Source of the DNA: an uncultured Gammaproteobacteria bacterium
Lineage (GTDB): Bacteria > Patescibacteriota > Microgenomatia > UBA8517
Assembly (NCBI GenBank): GCA_964541395.1
Contig: CAZIPM010000006.1
Span: 7,169-71,168, forward strand
DNA length: 64,000 nucleotides
Direction: 5' to 3'
Positions 22,728 through 32,389 of the stretch are shown here, piece by piece. Positions within the stretch are counted from its first letter, which is position 1. The number at the start of each line of letters is the position of its first letter. Under the pieces are notes generated by a model. It made no database searches. It was not told where the DNA came from and was given only the letters and a program-made list of their open reading frames with translations. Made by a program: the position numbers and the translations under genes.

Positions 22728-24398
22728 TTAAATTTTTGCATGCGATAGACGTAAGTTTTTAACGCTAATTTTAATCGATTCGCGGTCACGACCTATCGAT
22801 CTTAGGATACTTTTTAAGATTTCGGTGGCAGCCTCAAATTCAGGTTGAACAAGTTTATCAACCCTAAGTTGCTTTAATTTGTCCCAGTCTTCATCAAGAT
22901 GTACTCTTGAAATTATTTTTGCATTCGGTGCCTTAGTTTGTATATAAGCTATCATAGATTCCTGTGCAAAACGATCCGGAATTGCTACTACTACGGCTTT
23001 AGCGTCCTTCACGCCTGCTGTATCCAATACCTCATTTTCAGTTGGATCTCCGTATACTACAGGCACTCCTTTAGTTTTCAAAGTTGTTACAATACTTTGG
23101 TCATATTCAATTACAACAAACGGGATATTTTGACTTTCCAAAGCTTTGCCTACCCAGCCACCTACCCTACCAAAACCGCAAATAATAATGTGGTTGGTTA
23201 ATCCTTCGGGAATTCCTTCCGATTGAATACCGGTTGAAAGTATTTTTAGAAATTTAACTTTCCTCCATAGTGGAACAATAGATTTAAACAAAAACGGAGT
23301 TATAATCAGGGTAAGAAGTGAAGTAAATATGGCCACTGATGCTTCGCGGTCTGATAGAATACCTTGAACAGACGCAGCCGTTAATATTATAAATGCAAAT
23401 TCACCAACCTGTGAGAGTCCTAATGAAGCAGTAATGGCTGTCTTCCCTCTAAATCCTACCATTATTGATAATAGTAAAATAACAATTGACTTTATTATCA
23501 GGATTAATGCAGTTAGAACTAATATAATCCCCAAACTACCCACGATTTGTCCAAAACTGACAAAAAATCCTAAGGTTACAAAAAACATAGCTATAAACAA
23601 ATCCCTTAAGGGTCTTGTTTCGGCAAATACAGCATGGTTTTCCTGACTTTCAGATATAACAAACCCTGCCAAAAATGCACCCAATGTTGCTGATATTCCC
23701 ATTAATGAAACCACAAATGCTGTGCCCAAAGCCAGACAAACAGAAGTCAAAAGTAAAAGCTCTCTACTATTAGCCTGGGCCACTTTATGGATGACAAATG
23801 GAACTACGTGTTTACCCAAAATTAGCGATACAGCCACCAATGAAACTGATTTTATTAAGGTTAAAAATATTGGAAGCCAAATTCCGGATGATGGATTTTG
23901 AATAAACGGCAATGTCACCATAATAGGAACAACTGCCAAATCCTGTACCAACAACCAGCCTAGCATGAGTTTTCCGTGTATAGAATCCAATTCAGCCCGG
24001 TCAAATAGAATCTTTATCACAACAGCAGTTGATGAGAGGGAAAATGCCAAAGACATAATAATTGATGGGCCGATGGCAAAACCCAAAAAATGAACAATTG
24101 TAAACAAAACTATCGAACTGATAATCATTTGCAAAACAGAAGCTATCAATATTTTTTTAAAAATTCCGCTAAACCTGTTAAGAGAAAATTCTAGACCAAT
24201 AGAAAAAAGTAATAATATGGCTCCAAGTTCCGCTAAACTAGTTATTCCAAGTTCTTTTAAAGGAAAAATATTTCCCGCAATTACCCCTGCAACGATATAA
24301 CCGATTACCGGTTGTTGTTTTAACAGCTTGGCAAAGTAACCCCCCACCAAGGCAGAAATTAAAACCAACAACAGTCCCAGCGTGAAAGAGTTATTCAT
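22728..24398 (-). CDS. Kef-type cation:proton antiporter with TrkA-N domain
   Basis: SLSSTAVV, LVQDL, QVGEF; CGFGRVG and YGDPT. Confidence 0.92.
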   Translation of the reverse strand: MNNSFTLGLLLVLISALVGGYFAKLLKQQPVIGYIVAGVIAGNIFPLKELGITSLAELGAILLLFSIGLEFSLNRFSGIFKKILIASVLQMIISSIVLFTIVHFLGFAIGPSIIMSLAFSLSSTAVVIKILFDRAELDSIHGKLMLGWLLVQDLAVVPIMVTLPFIQNPSSGIWLPIFLTLIKSVSLVAVSLILGKHVVPFVIHKVAQANSRELLLLTSVCLALGTAFVVSLMGISATLGAFLAGFVISESQENHAVFAETRPLRDLFIAMFFVTLGFFVSFGQIVGSLGIILVLTALILIIKSIVILLLSIMVGFRGKTAITASLGLSQVGEFAFIILTAASVQGILSDREASVAIFTSLLTLIITPFLFKSIVPLWRKVKFLKILSTGIQSEGIPEGLTNHIIICGFGRVGGWVGKALESQNIPFVVIEYDQSIVTTLKTKGVPVVYGDPTENEVLDTAGVKDAKAVVVAIPDRFAQESMIAYIQTKAPNAKIISRVHLDEDWDKLKQLRVDKLVQPEFEAATEILKSILRSIGRDRESIKISVKNLRLSHAKI

Positions 24399-24411
24399 CT
24401 AATAAATAATA

Positions 24412-25125
24412 TTAGGCTACTTGACTTAATTTATCCAGTGTTTCACGGAGTTCTTCCGGTATATCTGTTTTAAAGTCTACTTTTACCTTGGTTTGAGGAT
24501 GTAAAAAGCTGATACTTCCTGCATGAAGAAACAACCTGGGACACCACACCCTGTCATTTCTGGCGGTCTTTCTCCCAGCATAAAAACTGTCCCCCACAAT
24601 CGGATGACCGATGTGTTTTAAATGAATTCTTATTTGGTGAGTTCTACCTGTTTTGGGAGATAGTTCAACTAGGGTAAATTCTGATTCCTCTTTTTTTAGT
24701 CTCTTAATAACTTTATACAAAGTTACCGCTTCTCTTCCCCCAGGCATTACACCAAATCTGTCCCTTCTCCAAGGAAGACGGCTTACAGGACTGTCTATCA
24801 TACCCCCATTTAACAGAATTTTACCATGAACCAGAGCTATGTATGTTTTTTGCACCAACCTCTCTTTAAATTGTCTTTGGAGCTCCTCAAATGCCATTTT
24901 AGTTCTGGCAACCAATAGAATTCCTGACGTTTCTTTGTCCAATCTGTGAACTATTCCATCCCTGCATTCAACATTATTGGTTAGTTCAGATTGGTGATTT
25001 TTTCTGACCCAGTCCTGTACCACAGGTTGGGATGAGGTAGTACTGGCTGAATTGGTGATCCATCCAGATGGCTTATCTAAAACCAATATATCATCATCTT
25101 CAAATACAATTTTTGGATACTGCAT
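24412..25125 (-). CDS. RluA family pseudouridine synthase
   Basis: DKPSG, HRLDKETSG, GRTHQIRIH, GDSFY, LFLHA. Confidence 0.95.
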   Translation of the reverse strand: MQYPKIVFEDDDILVLDKPSGWITNSASTTSSQPVVQDWVRKNHQSELTNNVECRDGIVHRLDKETSGILLVARTKMAFEELQRQFKERLVQKTYIALVHGKILLNGGMIDSPVSRLPWRRDRFGVMPGGREAVTLYKVIKRLKKEESEFTLVELSPKTGRTHQIRIHLKHIGHPIVGDSFYAGRKTARNDRVWCPRLFLHAGSISFLHPQTKVKVDFKTDIPEELRETLDKLSQVA

Positions 25126-25289
25126 GAAGCAATTGTACTACAATTATGCTTGTTTTCTCTCGAGTTTTTTGATTTCTCTCTGCCTTTCCCTTAATTGACT
25201 CAGACTCACAACCGATCCTACTGGACACGATGTACCACCTTTTGCACAAAGACCCTCACCAAAATAACAGCAACCTCGTAACGGCGTAG

Positions 25290-25589
25290 CTATTTTTCAT
25301 CAATAACTTGAAAATCATCGTCCAGAGTTTGATAGGACAAGCTAACGCCCACTTTCTCCCCTCTATTGACAGGGCTATATTCAATATAAGCAGAGCCCTG
25401 ACAAGAAAGATCTGTGCCTATTAAATCTCTATCTCCATAACCAGGAACTACATAAACTTCGATTTTCATAACTGGTATTTTAATACTATGAGATCTCGAA
25501 GTCAAATTAATTGCTCTCAGTTCGCTTTGAATATAAATGTCATCCTCCCCATCTTTCAGATCATGTATCTGTCTGAACGTAGATGACAC
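25290..25589 (-). CDS. Hypothetical ORF, possibly part of a decayed gene spanning about 25146-25797
   Basis: Short coding-like frames on both sides are broken at homopolymer runs. Confidence 0.35.
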   Translation of the reverse strand: MSSTFRQIHDLKDGEDDIYIQSELRAINLTSRSHSIKIPVMKIEVYVVPGYGDRDLIGTDLSCQGSAYIEYSPVNRGEKVGVSLSYQTLDDDFQVIDEK

Positions 25590-25865
25590 ACGGGTGAGTA
25601 ACCGATGCTTTGGATTGTCAATTCATCCGCGGGTTCAGGCACCCATGGTTTTTTTGAATGCTGTTATAATATGTCGACAAAAAACCCTCTCTGGTCTTTT
25701 CAACAAGTTTCTTTAAATTCAAACCTTTGTATTTTTTGTCTATTTTTATCGATTGCGCAAGCTCTTCAACTAGTTTTTTCATTTCTGTTTTATTCATGAT
25801 TTAATTATAGCAATAACTAAATACAAATTGAGTGAAAATTAAGAATTGGAAAATAAAACTAATTT

Positions 25866-26285
25866 TTATTTCTCTCTCTTTTTTGCACAGGAAGCACAAA
25901 GCGAAGCTTCCGGGATAGCGGCTAATCTGTCCGTATCAATCATGTTGCCACAATCTTCACATATGCCGTACTTACCGCTTTTTATTCTTTCGAGAGCTTT
26001 CTTAATATGTTTTGATTTTAAATTCAATTCTTCTTTAATTGCAGAAACCCTGGCATGGCCGAATTGTTCCTCTGCGTCTGCATCGGGACTGGCATTATCC
26101 ATCACTCTGGATTGGACTTTAAACGGATCCTCCGATGATATTTTTTTTCTGTTTATATGAAGAGAGACAAGTCTTTGATTTAAGAATTCATAAACGGGTT
26201 GCAGGACTGATCTGGGAAATTTAATGGTGTTATTCACCGACTTTGTTTTTTTAATATTATTCCTAACTGTCTTTTTCTTGTTCAT
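25866..26285 (-). CDS. TraR/DksA C4 zinc-finger protein
   Basis: ALERIKSGKYGICEDCG...RLAAIPEASLCASC. Confidence 0.9.
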   Translation of the reverse strand: MNKKKTVRNNIKKTKSVNNTIKFPRSVLQPVYEFLNQRLVSLHINRKKISSEDPFKVQSRVMDNASPDADAEEQFGHARVSAIKEELNLKSKHIKKALERIKSGKYGICEDCGNMIDTDRLAAIPEASLCASCAKKREK

Positions 26286-26869
26286 TGTTTAGATAATTTA
26301 TATAACAAAGCCAGTAATGTCAATGTTGTTATCCCTGAAACTAAACTCTCCCCTCTCGGTAGAAATGATATCACCGAAATGTTAAACAGTGCAATAACCG
26401 TTCTTATCAAAAAAAAAGACAGTCCGATCACCAAACCTGAGAAACCCACTTTGCCGGATTTATACCAACCGAAGCGTCTGTAATGTCCTTCCAAAAAATG
26501 GAACAAAAAAAATAAACACAATGTAATCCAAAATACTACAAAAGAGAACGCGTTATAGTTTTCAACAGAATAGGAAAATAAATACAATCCCAACCATGCA
26601 AGTAGTCCAATTATAAGAGCCTCCAAAGATTCAAAAAAACTCATTTTTAATCTTTTCAAGCCAATGTAAAATCCTACTAAACCAAAGGCTATGGTAATCC
26701 AAAACCATGCTTCTGCTAAATAACTTCTTGATACCGATATTCCGATGATAATTCCTACTAATACATGAACACCTAAAGTAAAAATTTTTTCGAAATGGTA
26801 GTCTTCTTTGAGCCTCTTCCATAAGAAATAAAACAAAAGTAGAACACCAACAACATTTGCAATGATCAT
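26282..26869 (-). CDS. Membrane protein, Lgt-like
   Basis: Multiple TMs; YRRFGWYKSGKVGF motif. Confidence 0.5.
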   Translation of the reverse strand: MIIANVVGVLLLFYFLWKRLKEDYHFEKIFTLGVHVLVGIIIGISVSRSYLAEAWFWITIAFGLVGFYIGLKRLKMSFFESLEALIIGLLAWLGLYLFSYSVENYNAFSFVVFWITLCLFFLFHFLEGHYRRFGWYKSGKVGFSGLVIGLSFFLIRTVIALFNISVISFLPRGESLVSGITTLTLLALLYKLSKQ

Positions 26870-26892
26870 GTAGTATATATTAACATAACTTT

Positions 26893-27357
26893 ATGCTTGA
26901 AACGCCACACGTTGCCCTGGGAGCGGCAATTGCCATAAAAATACCCAATCCTTTTATTGCTATTCCTCTAGCTTTTGCAAGTCATTTTTTACTAGAGAGA
27001 GTTCCACATTGGAATCCTCATCTAAATACAGAAACAAAAAAATACGGAAGGCCAACAAAACAAACAACATTAATTGTAATCATTGATGCTTCAGTATCGC
27101 TTCTTCTTGGAAGCTATTTTGCCTCACAAGCTTTACCCAACACAATGCAAACTGCAAATGTTTTGCTTTGCAGTTTTGCATCAGTACTTCCGGATCTGTT
27201 GGAAGCACCATATTTTTTCTTTGGAGTTAGACATAAATTTTTTGAAACCTGGATAAAATGGCAAAAAGCAATTCAGGTTGATACAACTCCTTTTTGGGGA
27301 ATAATCACTCAAATTGTAACATTAGCTGCAACTCTTTTTTGGATATTTAGGGGTTGA
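26893..27357 (+). CDS. Membrane protein, metal-dependent hydrolase-like
   Basis: TPH, SHFLLERVPHW, LPDLL motifs. Confidence 0.65.
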   Translation: MLETPHVALGAAIAIKIPNPFIAIPLAFASHFLLERVPHWNPHLNTETKKYGRPTKQTTLIVIIDASVSLLLGSYFASQALPNTMQTANVLLCSFASVLPDLLEAPYFFFGVRHKFFETWIKWQKAIQVDTTPFWGIITQIVTLAATLFWIFRG

Positions 27358-27565
27358 GAGTTAATGATTCTAATTCTTGAAGTGCGAGATCGAGTTCACT
27401 AGATACTTGTTTAATTTTAGAATAATCTGTACATGTTAACGCTTCCGGATTGAAACCAGTTACACGAAAAAATATTCCCGAATTGCGGTCGTAAATGACC
27501 GATCCTCCACTTAATGAAACTACCCTAGCATCAGGTCGGAATTGGTGTATTATTTCATCAGACAT
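27347..27565 (-). CDS. Small hypothetical protein
   Basis: 72-aa ORF with upstream TAAAAT. Confidence 0.5.
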   Translation of the reverse strand: MSDEIIHQFRPDARVVSLSGGSVIYDRNSGIFFRVTGFNPEALTCTDYSKIKQVSSELDLALQELESLTLNP

Positions 27566-27698
27566 ATTTATTTAGTTATTTTAAAATTATATTTTATTAG
27601 AAATGTTTTTCTTGAGTTTTACTTGAAAAAATAATTTTTGACTTTTTATATAATCTAGATAGATTTACAATAATTATATTCACTTAATCGTGCCGAGA

Positions 27699-27902
27699 TT
27701 ATCTTCTTTCGACCGCGTTTCTGATTTGACCTACTACTTTTTCATCTGCTACTAGATATTCACCAAGTCTTTCTGGATATGTTTTCCCGACAATACGAGC
27801 TTCGCCGCTAACTACCGAAAAAGGTATATCTAAAGCAATAGGACGGTTGAGCAGATCATTAAGATCTTTTGTATTTGTATTAGATGAATTATTTGTTGCC
27901 AC
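27699..27902 (-). CDS. Small hypothetical protein
   Basis: GTG start shortly after TATAAT. Confidence 0.5.
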   Translation of the reverse strand: MATNNSSNTNTKDLNDLLNRPIALDIPFSVVSGEARIVGKTYPERLGEYLVADEKVVGQIRNAVERR

Positions 27903-27979
27903 GCATATTATTATATAAAGTTAAAAAAAAATAACTTGACTGAATTTTGACAAATAACTATATAAAGCAAATTTTTTAA

Positions 27980-28549
27980 TTATTCTTTTGCGCGTTCTAC
28001 ATACTCTCCCGATCTGGTATCTATCCTGATTTTCTCACCAGTTTTGATAAACAAAGGAACTTTAACAGTCAAGCCATTTTCCATTTTGGCTGATTTTAAA
28101 AAGTTACTGGCCGAATTTCCTTTAATGCCTGGATCTGACTCAATAACTTTTAAGGTGACTTTAGGGGGCAGGTCAACAGACATGGCTCTGTCATCCCAGA
28201 AAAGAATATCTACATCTTCTCCTTCTTTAACGTAATAAATATCGCTTCCCAATATTTTAAGGGGTACTTCAACCTGTTCAAAACTGGCTGGATTCATAAA
28301 AAAGGCCATGTTACTGTCTTTATAAAGATACTGCAGTTTTCTTTTAGAAAGATCAACTTGTTCAAAAGTCAAATTACTTGAAAATGCATGCTCAATGTTG
28401 GCACCATTCTCCAAATTTATACAATTAACCCTGACTGTAGCTCCTCCCCTACCCATTTTAATTAGGTTGTATTTGACCACCTTAAGTGGTTTTCCTTCAT
28501 ATAAAAAGGCTGTTCCTGATCTTAAGTTGGTTGCATTTATGTTTGACAT
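27980..28549 (-). CDS. efp: Elongation factor P
   Basis: LQYLYKD, DPGIKG, VPLFIKTGEKIRIDTRSGEYVER; loop reads KMGRG. Confidence 0.95.
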   Translation of the reverse strand: MSNINATNLRSGTAFLYEGKPLKVVKYNLIKMGRGGATVRVNCINLENGANIEHAFSSNLTFEQVDLSKRKLQYLYKDSNMAFFMNPASFEQVEVPLKILGSDIYYVKEGEDVDILFWDDRAMSVDLPPKVTLKVIESDPGIKGNSASNFLKSAKMENGLTVKVPLFIKTGEKIRIDTRSGEYVERAKE

Positions 28550-28617
28550 GACAGGGGTATTTTAACTCACCATATGTTAAAATACCAGGTAGATTCGGCT
28601 AAGAGGTAGTAGAATAT

Positions 28618-28702
28618 GCTCGGGTGGCGGAACGGCAGACGCGTAGGTCTCAAAAACCTATGAGGTTAACACCTCGTGAAGGTTCGATTCCTTTCCCGAG
28701 CA
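28618..28702 (+). tRNA. tRNA-Leu(CAA)
   Basis: Acceptor gctcggg/cccgagc, D arm, anticodon arm taggt-ctCAAaa-accta, long variable arm, GGTTCGATTCC; CCA not encoded. Confidence 0.95.
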
Positions 28703-28727
28703 CACAATTAACGAAATTTAGAAAAAT

Positions 28728-28955
28728 ATGCGGGAAGAAAGAACCAGTAATAGAGTTACATTAATAATTGAATCTCAAACTGAAGCATTATTAGTTGAAG
28801 ATACCAAATTGACTCGTTTAAGACAATTACACAATGTTCCACCTACGGCTCAACTAGCCATTGATTATGGCAAATACCGTAGGGAACATGTAATTAACGT
28901 TTTTACACCTCTTGCGGGTGGAGGTTATGTTGTATTTGACGAAGTAATAAAATAA
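28728..28955 (+). CDS. Small hypothetical protein
   Basis: 75-aa ORF after the tRNA. Confidence 0.5.
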   Translation: MREERTSNRVTLIIESQTEALLVEDTKLTRLRQLHNVPPTAQLAIDYGKYRREHVINVFTPLAGGGYVVFDEVIK

Positions 28956-29110
28956 ATTTAAACAATTTATGTATGATTGGCGGTGTTATATTTTGACTAT
29001 AAAAAGTGTTGAGCAAGCAATTGCAAATGGAGTAGCTCGGGCAACGAAAAATGCTACAAAAACTGAATTTGAAAATATAAAAAAAGAGGTAAATGCGTCA
29101 ATTAAAAGAT

Positions 29111-30430
29111 TTAATGCTTTGTATCTCTACTGTAGAACCTGATTCTGTCTCCTTTGAAAAATAATGGTACTGATGCTAAAGGTCCATTTCTGTGTTTAGC
29201 AATATCAAGCATAATATTTTCGTTTTTTTCCTCATCTTCACGCCACAAAAACATAACGACATCTGCATCCTGTTCAATACTTCCACTTTCTCTAAGGTCT
29301 GAAAGTTGTGGCTTTTTTACTCCCCTGGATTCAATACCTCTTGATAATTGAGAAAGTGCAAGGACTGGAACTTTTAGCTCACGGGCTAGATTCTTTAAAC
29401 CTTGAGATATCTCACCTACTTCCTGAACTCTATTTTCCAAGTTTCTTGACTTGGCTAATTGTAAATAATCTACTATTATCAAATCCAAACCTGAATCAAC
29501 CTGAAGCCTTCTTGCTTTAGTTCTCATTTCAAGTAATGAAAGTGCGGGAGTATCATCTATAAAAAGTGGGGCTTCTGCCAGCTCCCCCATAGCATTACTG
29601 AGTTTGGTAAAATCTTCATCTGTAAGCTTTCCGGTTTTCAACCTCCAGGCATCAATATCTGCTTGAGCTACTAGTAATCTATCAACCAATTCTTCCTTGC
29701 TCATTTCAAGGGAGAAGATACCCACCGGTCGTTTTTTGGCTACGGCTACATGTTGAGCTATTCCAAGCGCAAAAGCCGATTTACCAATTCCAGGCCTGGC
29801 AGCGAGAATTAAAAGGTTACTTTTTTGCATCCCTGCCAGTGCATTATCAAGATCGGGAAATCCGGTTGATACTCCCCTCAAACCTTCTCCTTGTTTGTGT
29901 AGCTCATCCAGTCTGTCAAAACTTTCAGCCAGAGTGTCACGGACAGAGGTAAATGCTTTGGATAAGTTTTTTTGAGAGATTGCGAAAACTTCCGATTCTG
30001 CCCTATCCAAAAGATCAGCAGAGGACATTCCTTCGTCCATTGAATAATCAACAAGTTTGGTGGCAGCATTCATCAGTGCCCTTTTAATTGCGGTGTCACG
30101 CACTATCCTCCCGTAATGTTCGACATGTGCAGCTGTCGGAACTTTATTTGTTAATTGAGTCAGGTAAGTTGCCCCACCGACGTTTTTGAGAACTTTTTTC
30201 TTTTTCAGTCTTTCGGTAACCGTTAAAACGTCTACAGGTACCCGTTCCTCAAATAAAGAAATTATTGACTCATAGATTGATTTATGTCGTTCATCGTAGA
30301 AGTCTTCGGGTTTTAATATTTCCGCAACAGCAATAACTGCGTCTTTATCCAACAATAGAGCTCCCAAAACACTTTCTTCAGCTTCGGTTGAATGTGGTGC
30401 AATTCTTATTTGGTTAGTATTAACGGCCAT
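29111..30430 (-). CDS. dnaB: Replicative DNA helicase
   Basis: AEESVLG, AARPGIGKS, FSLEM, VDYLQL, LSQLSR, LRESGSIEQDAD, KHRNGP. Confidence 0.97.
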   Translation of the reverse strand: MAVNTNQIRIAPHSTEAEESVLGALLLDKDAVIAVAEILKPEDFYDERHKSIYESIISLFEERVPVDVLTVTERLKKKKVLKNVGGATYLTQLTNKVPTAAHVEHYGRIVRDTAIKRALMNAATKLVDYSMDEGMSSADLLDRAESEVFAISQKNLSKAFTSVRDTLAESFDRLDELHKQGEGLRGVSTGFPDLDNALAGMQKSNLLILAARPGIGKSAFALGIAQHVAVAKKRPVGIFSLEMSKEELVDRLLVAQADIDAWRLKTGKLTDEDFTKLSNAMGELAEAPLFIDDTPALSLLEMRTKARRLQVDSGLDLIIVDYLQLAKSRNLENRVQEVGEISQGLKNLARELKVPVLALSQLSRGIESRGVKKPQLSDLRESGSIEQDADVVMFLWREDEEKNENIMLDIAKHRNGPLASVPLFFKGDRIRFYSRDTKH

Positions 30431-30466
30431 GAAAATATATTTACTAAAAAATTAATGAGGCAGAAC

Positions 30467-31006
30467 TTAGTTACTATCAAGAACAATTATTTCACTTGTT
30501 TGATCCTCTATCATTTCCTCTTTTTTCAAAAGTAACTTTGGTAACCTTTGAACATTAAAGCCGCTGTCTTTAAGAAACTTATCCAGTTCTACTTCAGAAT
30601 CATAACCGTAAGGCAAAATATAATAGCCTTCAATTTGCTGCATAATTTCAATTGATCTGGAACTAATCGGAAGAAGTAAAACAGCAATATCTCCTACTTG
30701 AGTTAATTTTCCTTCTGATAATACATCTTTCACTATTCCAAAATGGCAAATTCTAATTCCGTCAACCTCATACACAAACACTACCCCTCCATCATTTTTT
30801 ACACCGATGACCGAAATACCGGCAACTTCATACTCACCTGCACCATTTAATTCTTTTGAAGATCCATCTTTAGATGATTCGATTTTAACTCCGTTTTCAA
30901 AGGTGGTTATAGTTCCACTTCTTCCTTTAATCCTAAATTCCTTTTTATCTAATCTTGATATATCCATTTCAGTAGCCATTCTAACTAAATACATAAACCT
31001 TGACAA
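30467..31006 (-). CDS. Degenerate metallo-beta-lactamase-fold protein
   Basis: GAGEYEVAGISV and ICHFG pattern; HxHxDH motif absent; true start probably at MATEM. Confidence 0.65.
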   Translation of the reverse strand: MSRFMYLVRMATEMDISRLDKKEFRIKGRSGTITTFENGVKIESSKDGSSKELNGAGEYEVAGISVIGVKNDGGVVFVYEVDGIRICHFGIVKDVLSEGKLTQVGDIAVLLLPISSRSIEIMQQIEGYYILPYGYDSEVELDKFLKDSGFNVQRLPKLLLKKEEMIEDQTSEIIVLDSN

Positions 31007-31080
31007 GTGGCGTTACCACCTCTATATTTACTTACGCAAAAAAATAATTAAACTTAACCTGTGCCAAAACATTTAATATC

Positions 31081-32016
31081 ATGAGAAAAGAGGTTCTATT
31101 TGCCATAATCGCAGGTATAGGTGCCGGTCTATTCCTGGCTTTTGGTGTTTGGAAACTCACCTCAAAGATTTCAAAGAAAGTTGCCATTTCACCTTCTCCA
31201 ATTGTCCAAAATGAAACTCCAACTCCAAAGCCCGGGTTTACTATAACAATAGCCAGTCCAAAAAATTCTTCTGTAGTAACAGATAGTCTGCTAACAATTA
31301 CTGGTAAATCCGAGCCTTTATCAAAAATGGTTATTTCAACCTCAGTAGACGATTATTTTGTAAAAGTAGACGACAACGGAGATTTCAGTTCTGATATTAC
31401 ACTTCAGCCTGGATTAAACATCACAAACCTGACCGCCTTTAATTCATTAGGAAATGAGATAACAGCGAAACTTGATCTGGTTTTTTCATCAGAATTTGCC
31501 AAATACCTTGATGATTCTAATAAGAATAATTCATCAGCCTTTCTGGGCACTATTACTGATATAAACGAGGGTAATTTACAAATAAAAACTGCAAATGGTG
31601 CGATACAACAATTAACTCTTGCTAGTGATGCATCATTCGTAAAAATAAAACAACCAGCGGGAACTGCAGAAACTATTAAATCAACGGATTTAGCTATAGG
31701 AGATTACATCATTACCCTCGGATTTCTCGCCAATGGCAGTGGTGTTTTGGACACCAAAAGAGTAATAGTCACTTCAGAAAATAACAAAAACGAAAGTGTG
31801 GCTATACCGGGAAAAGTTACAGAAATCACTAAAAAACTTTTAAGTATGACAAAAAATAATAATGAAGCTATGGAGATAACTTTACCTAAAAGTTGGGAGG
31901 GTCCTAATGTTTCCGAACTGGAGACAGACGAACAGATTATGGTTGTTGGTACTCAAAATGATAAGGGGTTTAACTTAAGAACAATATTTATAACCTCAAG
32001 TTTGACAGAACAATAG
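31081..32016 (+). CDS. Membrane-anchored protein with Ig-like and OB-like beta domains
   Basis: N-terminal TM, ITIASPKN...ITG...GLN Ig-like pattern. Confidence 0.7.
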   Translation: MRKEVLFAIIAGIGAGLFLAFGVWKLTSKISKKVAISPSPIVQNETPTPKPGFTITIASPKNSSVVTDSLLTITGKSEPLSKMVISTSVDDYFVKVDDNGDFSSDITLQPGLNITNLTAFNSLGNEITAKLDLVFSSEFAKYLDDSNKNNSSAFLGTITDINEGNLQIKTANGAIQQLTLASDASFVKIKQPAGTAETIKSTDLAIGDYIITLGFLANGSGVLDTKRVIVTSENNKNESVAIPGKVTEITKKLLSMTKNNNEAMEITLPKSWEGPNVSELETDEQIMVVGTQNDKGFNLRTIFITSSLTEQ

Positions 32017-32029
32017 TTCTTGGTATAAT
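32002..32029 (+). promoter_or_regulatory. Consensus sigma70 promoter (TTGACA-N16-TATAAT, extended TG)
   Basis: TTGACA 32002-32007, TATAAT 32024-32029. Confidence 0.75.
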
Positions 32030-32035
32030 ACAACC

Positions 32036-32290
32036 TACATTTAAATAAAACCGTTTTAGTGGAGTCACGATCCACGAGGAGCTGGTCAAAATACCGGACG
32101 CAAGGATGAGCGTAAAAATAATCCAACCATTGTCACCGCAAAAGTAGAGATGGACAAAGAGCTTTGAGAAGTAGTGTCTCAAAGAATTAAGGATGGGACC
32201 GTGGGAGGTCTCTTTTTTTTGATTAAAAAAGAACCCTCGTTCCTTGCTAAGGATTAAATTTCTTGGCGATGTGAACGAGGGTTCTTTGTG
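32036..32290 (+). ncRNA. T-box-like leader (His) upstream of hisS
   Basis: Hairpin with CAC loop at 32059-32075; pseudoknot; Stem III ctttgaga/tctcaaag; AATTAAGGA-TGGGACC-GTG at about 32185-32203; terminator hairpins 32195-32220 and 32228-32287. Confidence 0.55.
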
Positions 32291-32389
32291 AAGAGAGGAT
32301 AATGGAAGTGAACGAGGCGAGTATTCAGTATATTAACTGATTACTAAGTTTAAATTTACAAGGAATCCAGCAATTTTAAACTAAAACTT

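Noticed and set aside
32097-32170. tmRNA (pk1-like pseudoknot followed by a GCA-initiated short frame AKVEMDKEL*)
   Set aside because: No tRNA-like acceptor stem, T-loop or CCA end; the tag lacks a hydrophobic Ala-rich end; too short.
31988-32182. 64-aa minus-strand ORF
   Set aside because: It overlaps a consensus promoter and structured leader on the + strand; likely spurious.
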